A DNA stretch of 20,000 nt from Spirogloea muscicola (GCA_009602725.1 WELB01000003.1:1058547-1078546); one strand, 5' to 3'. Positions 9,001-19,070 are shown, counted from the stretch's first letter. Numbers and translations are program-made. The notes: a model not told the origin generated them from the sequence alone.

Positions 9001-11479
9001 TACACTGTCAAGCTTAATAAGACAACGAAAGTGTGAAGTACAGATGTAATTGACCTTTGACGACTTTGACAGCTTGATTCCACTACATCCACATGCTCAT
9101 CTGAGTGGACCTGCCATCCATCGGCACGTATGCATGCTCAGCACATGTTAATCTTCTCCACATCTCCAAGTCAACTCTGCAATGGATGTGAAGCTAAATT
9201 TAGAGAAGCAGAATACGATGTCTCTGCTGAAAGACTAGAGGCTTCACACACATTGCTCATAATTGCTGGCACAAGGCACCGCCAGCAGAGTGCATCTCAA
9301 TATCAACAAGAGCGCTGCATTTACTTTGTCACCTGGCATGATCTCCCTCAACATTACCTTCAGAAGCTCCTTCTGAGTCACCTCCCTTGCTGGGATGGGT
9401 ATACATCGTCCGGGAAAGAGACCTGCAAAGATCCACAGACACGAGGTCAGCGAGCCGCACTTAGCAGAGATGTCGCACTTTATGTACTGAGCTATGCAGA
9501 GCCTTCACTGCAAGTCTGGGATGCAAATGCATGCTATCATGAGCTTCATAGTTATAGCTGCTTGACTATGTCACAGGCAGACTACCTGCAGCTGCTAAAC
9601 CGCCAACTATGGCACGAAGTCGATCTGGCCTCTCAGGATGTGGGCTCATGTTACCCTGCGAGCAGGAAAGCAGAAGTATGTTGAATGCATGTACTTTTGA
9701 GCATCAGCATGCATCAATTGAGAAGTTCCTATACACATAAAGTGCTGAATGATGAAGGGGTTGATGTGCACCTAAACGACTTCTGACGGCATAGCAGAAT
9801 TTACCTCTTCATGCATCAACATGCGACTGTCAAAACCCACAGCAGTAGCAGCAGCATTTGCCCAGTCATGAGGGGACTTGAGGCCTGCGACTGTCACGAC
9901 CGCCTGAGCTGCTGTTACAGCAGGCGTCTCTTCCTCCCTCTCACCATCCTCATCTGCAGCGACGCCCAGTGATTCGGGGTCTGGCTTCAAGTCTGATGGG
10001 CCAGCGGCTGCATCTGCCACATGGGAGCGCTTTGGCAACCCAGGAGGCGCCATGAAGCCCTCCTCCAAGATGGCTGAGTGGCGGTGTTCTCCACAGAGCT
10101 GCCAACGCAATGGAAGTCCAAAGGAGCTGTCAGAGAGGGTGTTATTTGCATTACGATATCCAATGATCGTTGTTGTACAATGGATGTTACTTCTGCCATG
10201 TGCACGTGCTGCTAGTTAAGTGCAGAAGAGCCTGGAGGAACGGCAGGATGGGTGAGAGTTGCTCTCGGACCTGACAAGTATCGGCTTCGAAGTGCAAGTT
10301 GGGCATGGTGCAGTTGGTGCAGTACCACCTCGGATGCGCCTTGGCTGGCTCATAGTCGGAGTCGTTCGACTCCAAGTCTTCAAAGATCACAAGCACAGAG
10401 GATCAGTGTCACACAGTGAGTACTTAACTCACCATCGAGTGAAGAGGGGAAGTTAGCATGTATTCTCATCCTGCAGACCCCACGTCCTTGCACAATGCTA
10501 CTTGTAGAACGAGTGCAGGATCACTCTGACATGGCTTGATTGACCTGGTCATTGTAGATACTCATGCACTGAAGCTTATGCATCTGACCGCGTGTAGTAT
10601 ATTGCGAGGGAGCTCAACAAGCTGACAATGACACTGCTGCTTTCCATTTGGCCAGCAAATGAGGACTTTGGGAGCAGAAGTGCAGCCTTCTCTATCAGAT
10701 AAGGCATCACATTCAACCTCATGTGGCACATTGTTGCTGCATGCCCCTTATCTCGCACTTGTGATCAGCCCCATGAATGTTGCCATGTTAAGGTACTGAG
10801 AGAACAATGAGTAACCAAAAGCCCCTACTCAACGTCCGCATCCAAGTGCTTCGGTGATCAAGGAGAAAAGACACTGGATTTTGCTTCGGGATGGCCTTCA
10901 ATAGATGGTGCCGCAGCAGAAGCCATTGGGCAGAGTAGGAAAGGTTCACAACACTTGCAGCTGATATGCCTTGTGAGGACGAGGGCAAACGGTCAAGCTG
11001 AGCGATGTACCATCATCGTCGGCGCTCCCATAGAGCGCCAGGAGGTCGTCGAAGCCCCTCCCCGTCCGGCCGACGACGTCGTCCAGCCCTCCTCCACCCT
11101 GCACTAGGGCGTCCATGAGCTCCATGTCCGCGCCGACGTACGAGGTGGACGCCATCCTCGCCCGTCTGAACCTGCCTAGAGGATGGTCACCAAGGGCTTC
11201 TGCGCCCGGGGGCTCCCGCTGGCCAGCAGCCTCCTCGTCAATGTCGCTCCCGCCCGCTTCCGGCTCGCCGTCGGCCTCCTCGTCGTCGTCCTCCTCGCCG
11301 TCCTCCTCGGACCCTTCGCCGTCCCCATTGGCGTCCCCCTCGCCGCCGCGGCGATCGGTCATGTCGTCGTCGTCGTCGTCGTCGGCGTCCCAGAGCTTGT
11401 CCCCGACAACGGCGCCCAGGCTGGGGTTTGCAACGAAGGCAGCTCCCGGGGCTCCCCAGGAGCGTGGGCCAGGGTCCAT
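6018..11479 (-). CDS. HDA15: Histone deacetylase 15-like (RPD3/HDA1 class II) with RanBP2-type zinc finger; 16 exons, 731 aa
   Basis: Exons (minus strand, in order): 11479-11011, 10377-10271, 10098-9805, 9655-9586, 9422-9358, 9110-9055, 8829-8706, 8596-8471, 8168-8118, 7932-7864, 7752-7644, 7423-7344, 7144-7062, 6876-6831, 6710-6410, 6163-6018. All introns are GT-AG, phases are consistent, and the total is 2196 nt. Motifs: [10 protein letters not shown]...CQLCGEH (RanBP2 finger), [76 protein letters not shown], basic KKNKRKRK, and C-terminal [14 protein letters not shown] resembling the WWKWGRK tail of plant HDA15. An in-frame TAG at 11521-11519 lies upstream of the ATG. The exon 1-2 join is the least certain. 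Confidence 0.93.
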
Positions 11480-12442
11480 CTCGAGGCCTTCTCCAGAGCC
11501 TGCCAGGAGCGTCGCCCCCTAGCTGAGAAACACGGCCAGGTTACGGCTAGGGCCCTAAGCAGCCAGCACCATGGAAGGGCAGGGCAGGCTCCTCCCCCCG
11601 GGGGCTTGCTCCGAGCGCGCCCTAATTTCGGCTATGGCGGGTCTAGGCCCACCCTCCGGGAGGCGGCACGTGCGCTGCCTCCCCGCGTCATCTCCGAGCC
11701 CCGAGTTCAAGAATCCGGCAAAACGCCCCGCCCCCCCCCCATGGTCCGGGAAGCCCTACTCCACGTCGGCCGAGCCCTCCTCTGACAGTCAGGGCTGCTG
11801 ACGGCAAGCCGCCGGGGACACTTTCGCCCGGACGGGGCCAGCAGCGTGGCCTGCACGTAGAGGAGTGCCCACGTGGACGACCACGTGGCAGGTGGTAGCC
11901 GACCTCCCCTGACCAGCCCCCATCAAGCTTGGAGTTAACGCCTTTTGGTTGAGATCAAACCACCGGTTGAAGTCCCTCGTCGTGGCGGGCTGGCATTTCC
12001 GTTCTTTGATTTTGTATTGTTTTTGTTTTGTTTTTTGTTTTTGGAGTGGCACTCTTGACGGGGGCAAGGGCTTTGAAAAGCCAGCCCGAAAAGAATTTTG
12101 GCCGCGCGTCCTGGGCGCTGACCATCTTGCAGAGCACAGCGCCGGCCGCTAACGTCGATGGAGATCACTTTCCAGCCGTTATACTAACAGCCCCTCACTC
12201 AGCTCATCAGGGGCGTCTCTTCACAGTGATTGATCGAATACCGCCTGCCGGCGCCGCCCGCCGCCGGCGCCGCCGNGTGGCAGCCCCTGGCCTGCCCGCT
12301 AGTCCAGCGCAGCGGCAGCCGCCGCCGCGGCGGGCGACACCAGGGCCAGCCTCGGCGGCGTGGCGCTGAGCCGCTCTTTCTGCGGGCACGCCGGATCTGC
12401 CGTTGCACGGCCGGCGGCTGCCGCCGGCGGCCGGCCAGGACC
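11480..12442. promoter_or_regulatory. Divergent (bidirectional) promoter/5'UTR region shared by HDA15 and GLYR
   Basis: 963 bp between the two outward-facing ATGs. GC-rich flanks surround a T-rich core at ~12002-12041. CACGTG G-boxes are at 11667, 11870 and 11882. Confidence 0.75.
11844..11890. promoter_or_regulatory. G-box/ABRE cluster
   Basis: GCGTGGC (11844-11850), CACGTA (11854-11859), CCACGTGG (11869-11876) and CCACGTGGC (11881-11889, containing the ABRE ACGTGGC) fall within 47 bp. Confidence 0.55.
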
Positions 12443-14968
12443 ATGGCAGCTCTGGAGCTGGAGCTGGGCTTCCTGGGAGCCGGCATCATGGGCCTCGGCA
12501 TGATCCGCAACCTGCTTAAGGCTGGCCACAAGGTCAAGGTGTGGAACCGCAGCCCTGAGAAGGTGAGCATTCCGCACTCATCCCGGATCATGCAAGCATC
12601 AGCATCGTCACCTCAGCCAGAACCCCATTGGAAAGGCCGTTAGATAGACCAAGCTACTAGTGGTGCCTAGCGCGTCGTCGCCGGCCTATCTGTGAGATAC
12701 TGACTTGTTAAGTAGTTGTTTGTAACAATGTGCTTGAGGAGGCGGAGCTGCCTCAAAGGGCATGATACGGCTTGTCTCTGCGTGGTCTGGCTGGTGGCAC
12801 AGTCCACTGAATAGCTTTGCTTGTACCTCAGAGCCTTGCCATGGAGGCTGGCTTTGACGCTGCGACTGCTGCTGCCATTCCGTTCCGTCGATGATAGGTC
12901 GACGCGTTGGTGGAGGAGGGTGCTTCAAGGGGGAGCACGCCTGCAGAGGTGGTGAAGGCCTGTGACATCACAATTGCAATGTTAGCTGACCCGGAAGTGG
13001 CGCTCGAGGTTGGTTATATTGACTTTCAGTATCACCTCACAAGAACCTCGGACTGTATTGCAACATACTGTCTGTCTACCATTGTACACATTCAGTGTAC
13101 GGGGATCTCAGGGAGGTGGTTTGTCTCATACTTGCTCCTAAACACACAGTCTTTGAAGCTTTCCAGTTGAGAAGGGTACTTGAAATGGATCCTGCTGGCC
13201 AAGTGCTCAATGAGGCCTCAAGGTTGGAGACAACGTTGAGCAGTCTTGTAGCCAATCTCTGAGCAGACGCTGTTGGCATGAGCTTGCAAAACAGGTAGCA
13301 CTTGGAGAAGGTGGAGTAATTGAGGGCATTTCAGAGGGCAAGAGCTATGTTGACATGTCCACTGTTGACGCCGGCACATCAACGAAGATTGGACAAGTGC
13401 GTACACCCCATTCCAGTCGCTTCTCCCAGTACTTGTATGTTATCATGTACCACTGTAGAAGGCTGCATTTGTTGCCAGAAGTCGTTGTCACTACCAGAGC
13501 TTCTGCGTCAACAAAGACCTAGACTGAGCAATTACCTTCATCACTAAAGAGGTTCTGGCCTAGCTTGAGCTGGGAGGTCCTTAAATAGCAGTGTGGCACT
13601 GGCCATGGACCACACGGAGTCTCCCTTATCTCAACACTGGTGTAGTTTTCTTGCAAGTCTTACTGTGACTCTGTTCGGGTATGACTGGGCCTGCATACGT
13701 ATCAGGCTGTTGCGGAGAAGGGTGGAAGGTTCCTCGAGGCCCCAGTCTCAGGGAGCAAGAAGCCAGCCGAGGAGGGCACACTCATCATCCTTGCTGCAGG
13801 CAACGAGGTGGGATCATCAGAGCATCTTCTGCTGGACCTTGACCCCCACAACAGTTCTGCTTGAAAGTATGACACAAGTTGCCAGAAGATGACAATGATT
13901 GCCAATTGCATCTGCTACTCTCCTTGTATACAGTGCCTACCTCTGTTGATATATGATCATGTCTGGGGTTGATGCATGCAGGCACTCTTCAAGACTGTGG
14001 CGCCAGCCTTTGATGCCATGGGTAAGAAGTCGTTCTTTCTGGGCGACCTTGGTAATGGAGCACGCATGAAGCTGGTCGTCAATATGATAATGGGCAGGTC
14101 AGTTCGTCTTCTCTGAGCACCTCCTCTTCACCTTGCTCATATTTGCAGAATCTGGTTGCGGGCTGTCTTTCGCCATGGGAAAGGTCACACATCTCTGACC
14201 AGCTTTGGCAGCACTTGCTTTGTGGTCAGCATGATGGCCTCATTGTCAGAGGGGCTTGCTCTCTGTGGCAAGGCTGGCATCAGTCAGCAAACGCTCCTGG
14301 AGGTGTTGGTAAGACTCAAGCGCTGAGTAGCTTACGGCCAGGCTGATGCTTCATAGCTCGTGCTAATAATCGGTATTAATGTACTGTCAAGCAGAGTCTG
14401 CCTGCTTTGTTAGGTGTTCTGTGGATGTTGTTGCGGCATGCAGGGAGAAATTTCATGAAGCTGGCTATGTGAAGTCGTTGCGAACAGAGAAGTATCTAAA
14501 GTCATTGCCTGCAATGTCTTAAGGTCAAACGTTCTTTTTGTCAGTCTGACCAATGCTATGTGGAGAAAGCAGGACCTTGGTGTGATGAGCAATGGGCTAT
14601 TCAAGCTGAAGGGCTCATCGATTTTGCAAGGCAACTTTCCTCCTGCGTTCCCTTTGAAACACCAACAGAAGGACATGAGATTGGCATTGGCAGTTGGAGA
14701 CGAATGCAACCAGCCAATGCCAGTTGCGGCAGCTGCTAACGAGGTTAGCCCAGCAGATTCTGCACTGAGCGCTTATTTGGGAATTTCTCATTCCTGATTG
14801 GTCATTGTGTTGGCTCTCAGACTTCTGCTCATGAAAGTTTGGCCCTCTGTTTCACAAGGAGTTGACTTGCATCTTGGACGGCTAATACTGCAGGCATACA
14901 AGCGAGCAAAGGGAATGGGCTTTTCTGATGAAGATTTTGCAGCTGTCTTTAAGGCTATCCAGCAATAA
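12443..14968 (+). CDS. GLYR1: Glyoxylate/succinic semialdehyde reductase 1-like (beta-hydroxyacid dehydrogenase family); 8 exons, 291 aa
   Basis: Exons 12443-12562, 12898-13008, 13295-13396, 13706-13807, 13982-14097, 14230-14308, 14573-14743, 14894-14968. All introns are GT-AG and the total is 876 nt. Motifs: GFLGAGIMG (Rossmann), [56 protein letters not shown] (catalytic Lys), [23 protein letters not shown]. The DMRLALAxGDE...MPVAAAANE segment is closer to GLYR1 than GLYR2 as recalled. Confidence 0.95.
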
Positions 14969-15870
14969 GCCGGACATACTGGTGGCCTACCCTTAGGTCT
15001 GTGACATAGGAAGGGCGCAAGTGTAGTGGCGGAATGATGTTTGTGCAGTAATTATCCTGATTTTGCATCATCTCCATGTCAAATATGCCCAGTGCTTACA
15101 CCTGGTTTTTCTTGCCTGCGTGTTAGCTGGTTATACAATGTTGAGGTGCACTGTGTCATCTCTAGTGTTAACCAGAAGACAGTGCTTTCTTATCCCTGTA
15201 CCAAAAGAGCAGCACAAAGAGATTGCCAGGTTGTGCAGAGTACCACTTGATCACTACCTGAGCGCACCGTCCGCCCAAGGGCTTCTGGCAGTGGCTTTAC
15301 TAGGTGACAGACAGTTCTGCATCCGCGGGGTATAGAAGGGCGCTTATAAAGCGAAGTTGTTTAAATGGCTGACAGCATCGATTCTATGGGCATGACCATG
15401 TACTTCAGCCCTGCTGTAGATTATGCAAGCATGCATACCAACAAGGCGGCTTATTGAGCAGACAGACACTCCTTTCAGAGGCCTCCCTAATTAAGCGATT
15501 TAGGCCGCTCTGCGTGCAGATGGACTCTGAGGTATGGGGCGATGTGGGCTTCCCTTGTCTGCGCGGCTGTGTATGTATACAGTCATACCTCGTTATAGGC
15601 ACCCACGGATAAGGGCACATTAGGGCAATCCCTCGATAGTGGCACCTTTTTGCGGGAAGCACTTTTTTCCCCAGGCAAAAGTGACTCGATAAGGGAACGT
15701 GCCGTTATGTACAGGCACAGTTTTTCGGGGCAAATTCCCCCACTAGAAGTGCCTATATGAAAAGAAAACAACATATCTCTTATGTTCTCTACAGGTCGGG
15801 GGGTAATGAACCGGGCGCGAGGGTTTGGGGCTTTACTGCCTCGAAAAGCCAGCGCAGAGCGGCTCATTAC

Positions 15871-15930
15871 CGTCTCCCCGACGGCCCCCACCAGTCTCCA
15901 TGTCTCCCAGACGGCCCCCACCAATCTCCA
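15871..15930 (+). repeat. 30-bp tandem duplication inside the transposon
   Basis: CGTCTCCCCGACGGCCCCCACCAGTCTCCA / TGTCTCCCAGACGGCCCCCACCAATCTCCA (3 mismatches). Confidence 0.9.
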
Positions 15931-16613
15931 AGCCACGGCGTCACGAGGCCCTCGTTGAGACCGCTGCTCGCCGCTAGCGCCGCTTCCAGGCGGTCGTTGA
16001 CAGCTTCGTCGCGGAACGAGCCTCGTCGGCCCACAGGAAACACAAGGCGCACGGAAGCTGCCTCCTCGTCGGCCTCGAAGCGAGGCGAGGCTTTGGCGCC
16101 ACCGCCTTCGCCTGCGCCTGCTGCCACCGCCACCTGCGCTCGCGGCGCCTGCGGCAGCAAGCGGCAGCCGCGGCAAGCAGCAACCTCTAGTTGGAGGGGC
16201 CCTCCACTCGCTACTTATCCTTGTGGTAAGCTTCTCCTCCAACAGTCATGGCTTCGGATTCTTGGTTGCTCGCACTCGCTGCTGTGAGGGCACGGCCTGC
16301 GCATGCCGTACACAACCACGATAGTCTTGAGCACTCTCGCCTCATTGCATTGTGTTAGTCGCCTTTGAGAGGCATACTTTGCTTGAGACAACTCTTCCTT
16401 GTTGCCTTCCGAGCTTGCTTGACCTACTTATGCATCTCCCAAGGGCTTCCTCCTTAAGGCTATGGCCGCACAGTGCCTCGTAGACATGCGAATCCTGATG
16501 TCAAGGGTATGCACGTTCGCGTCTTCTCATGCAGGAATGTAAAGATGGCCACAGTGAGAAAGGACAATAGGGTCGGCTTCACGAACCTAATATGAAGTGA
16601 ATAATCTGAATAG

Positions 16614-16907
16614 GTGGAGTCTCCAATGACGGATGAGGACATCATAGCTGAAGTGATGCCCCCAGTGACAATCGTCGAAGAGGAAATCCCCGGCGACCTC
16701 CCACCACCGAGGATGACTCATGAGGAAGCCAGTGACCATCTGAGGTGTGTCTCTCACTACCTCGCACAAGAACTGCAATTTTTCGGTCCACAAGCTCTGC
16801 TCACGTGCGAACGATGGAGGAACTCTATGACAAGCAACGCTCTGAGGAAGAAAATACAAACAACAATCGAGGACTACGTGGCCTCCAACAACATCGACAA
16901 CGAGTAG
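16614..16907 (+). pseudogene. C-terminal exon remnant of a pogo/Tigger-family transposase
   Basis: Follows a branch-like CTAAT and an acceptor TAG at 16611-16613. It encodes VESPMTDEDIIAEV...EEE...PPPRMTHEEASDHL...RKKIQTTIEDYV*, resembling the acidic TDEEII / EA..L / KKQTTITDFF (PIP-box) tail of Tigger/pogo transposases. No DDD catalytic core or CENP-B HTH was seen in the element. Confidence 0.75.
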
Positions 16908-17313
16908 GAGCGCATCAGAGTTCGCTGGTCTTCATTTTTCATTGAGCTTGCAAGGCTCACCAACATCGAGCACGTCTTGAGGCTAGGTAGAGCTGAAATG
17001 TGCACTCCCTCGCTTCCTCCTCCTACTTTCAGGTGCGCTTGCTTGCCCTCTTATGTGCAAGCAAGGCACCTATGCATGCTCGGGCCATATGTGCCCTTGC
17101 CGAGGCTGGTCCACAATGTAGCCCACATCGCACTTTGCTTGTCTTAGCCAACCCCATCGACTTGCGGTCCCATCTAATGCGTCCTTACATCACCCTTGAT
17201 ATTACTAGTCAGCCTGCCTACACTTGTATGCGAGCTTACAGTCCCACCTCCTATCGGTGTCCTGCGATCTTGCATTGTTTCATTGAGGGCGCGATGAGCG
17301 ATGGTAGCCGCTC

Positions 17314-17427
17314 ATTTGGGGTGCCTGGCTCCATCACAATGTGTCTTTTGTACTTGCTCACAAGTGAATGATTTGGGGTGCTTGGCTCCATCACAATGTG
17401 TCTTTTGTACTTGCTCACAAGTGAATT
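17314..17427 (+). repeat. 57-bp tandem duplication inside the transposon
   Basis: ATTTGGGGTGCCTGGCTCCATCACAATGTGTCTTTTGTACTTGCTCACAAGTGAAT(G/T) at 17314 and 17371, near-identical. Confidence 0.95.
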
Positions 17428-18604
17428 GCCATCTCGATTGCCGTGTTTCTCGAGCGGCTTCCCCTCCTTCGCCCCCATGGCCACCTTGAGAGTGGTTGCC
17501 ACCATTGCCTGCGTTCGGGTGTCTCTTTGTGGTAGAAGTGGATGCCCATGTGGGCGGTTGTGGTGCCAAGAGAATGATGCTTGCAACCACGTTGCCACCT
17601 GAGCTTTGCTCATTCGCCATTTTTCAATATAATCTTGTATGTTGCTGATTGTCACGGTAAAGGCACATTTGGAGGCAATAGTGCCTCTACAACGACACAA
17701 GAACACCTCGATATAGTCAGACATTTTCGCCAAACCGGCCGACGTGCCTATAACGAGGTATGACTGTATGGACAATCAGCGCTTCCTCGCTGATATGCCC
17801 TTAGCTGACCATACAGCTTCTTCTGAGCTCGTCACAATTGGTGCCGGGGTTGGGGGTTAGGGGGCGCTTCAGATGAAAGAACAGTGACTTTGATGGCTGT
17901 GAGAGGCCAGCCCACGAAGGTATGGACCAGGTTACGAAATGACCAGAAGGCGCAAATCACGAAATTACTTCCTTCAAACAGGAGCGCAGTGCGCATGAAA
18001 TGAAAGGGTGGCCAATTTCAATCCAATAGAGTCTGGCAGAAATTAGTGCCAAGTTGGGGCTACATGAAGCATTATGCTAAGGTGGCTAAGGCAAACAGTG
18101 TGACATTTGTCCCCACGTGTGAGCACATAAGAGATGCGACAAGCTAACTGGGGGAGCCGGAGCGCTTCAAGGTGGACGCATACGGGCGGCATCATTGACT
18201 TTCGGTTACTAGGAGGAGGCACCTCCCTTTTTGTTTTGACCCGTGGTTACTGAGCGGGTCAATCTTCTGTAGGTGATGTTCGTCTCTAGATGTGCTTGCC
18301 TTTGTCCATTCTTTCCGGGCTGACTTTGCTGGCCCCCTTGCTGGCCCCCATCCCTCCTGCTATGGATGCTGCCTCACTCCTCCTCTAGCAGCTCCAGCAG
18401 GACAGGATGTCAAGGCCCCAATCGTGGCACTTCCAGCCCTCTTCTCCCCCCCACCCCTCCATTCCTCCTGGCACAGCTGCTGCCTCACTCCACTAGCAGC
18501 TCCAGTAGCTGCTAGATGCTAGCTGCTACGTCATAAGATGTGCTTACCTCTGTACTTGGCCATACTGGCCTTCGATTGTTTCAAATACACGAAATTTCCT
18601 TTTT

Positions 18605-19070
18605 GGGCAGTGCAGAACAAAGGAAGATGCAGCACTACTCCGACTACCCTCGATGCGACCAGCTCCTGCCAGCGGCAATCGACATCTATGGCTGTCTGGG
18701 TCCTCGATTTCACACCCTCCTCCAAAACATTGCCAATCTAGGCTACACACGACGTGCAGATGTGTTTCCGGCTGAAAGGGGCTTGCCAGCTGCATATTTG
18801 TCGTTCTTGCGACATCGAGTTTCGGCCTGTTTGCAGCGAGCTCAGGCTAATGCCTTGCATCAGAAAGCTGGGCGAGCTCTAGTTGGTGACAGAAGGGGCT
18901 TCGTACCTGACATCTAGTATTCATGCATCGGTTAGTGAACCTTCATGTTTTGACCCGTGGATTTTGAGCGGGTCAATCTGCTGTAGGTTATGTAGATATT
19001 CAGATGTGCTTGCTTGCCTTTGTACTTGGCCATTGGCCTATGTTTGTTTCAAATACACGAAATTTTCTTT
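18605..19070 (+). mobile_element. 5'-truncated non-LTR retrotransposon 3' end, restriction-like endonuclease (CRE/R2-group) type
   Basis: ORF tail 18605-18917 reads AEQRKMQHYSDY...LLPAAIDIYGCLGPRFHTLLQNIA...FLRHRVSACLQRAQANAL. This fits the remembered RLE C-terminal pattern AE..K..KY...F.P.A.E..G..G.....L..LA...R.S..LQR.NA. A ~150-bp putative 3'UTR follows, and it is itself repeated nearby. Confidence 0.72.

Larger units (their letters stand above)
15580..17766 (+). mobile_element. pogo/Tigger-like (Tc1/mariner superfamily) DNA transposon, non-autonomous deletion derivative, 2187 bp
   Basis: Perfect 23-bp TIRs: CAGTCATACCTCGTTATAGGCAC (15580-15602) and GTGCCTATAACGAGGTATGACTG (17744-17766). 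TA target duplication at 15578-15579 and 17767-17768. The CAGT...CCTCG start is typical of pogo/Tigger ends. TIR-related subterminal motifs are present (GGATAAGGGCAC, CTCGATAGTGGCAC, CTCGATAAGGGAAC, GTGCCTCTACAACGA). An internal transposase C-terminal remnant is present. Confidence 0.93.

Noticed and set aside
9130..11801. Long plus-strand ORFs (9130-9684, 11115-11522, 11183-11785)
   Set aside because: They are antisense shadows of HDA15 exons/introns and the GC-rich promoter.
15583..16287. 219-aa and 176-aa ORFs in the transposon as a transposase
   Set aside because: Low-complexity Arg/Ala/Pro translations of a GC-rich segment that run into the terminal region, with no HTH or DDD motifs.
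17870..18212. Interrupted plus-strand reading frame upstream of the first retro 3'UTR copy
   Set aside because: It contains several stops and shows no convincing similarity to the RLE tail or to any family I recognise.
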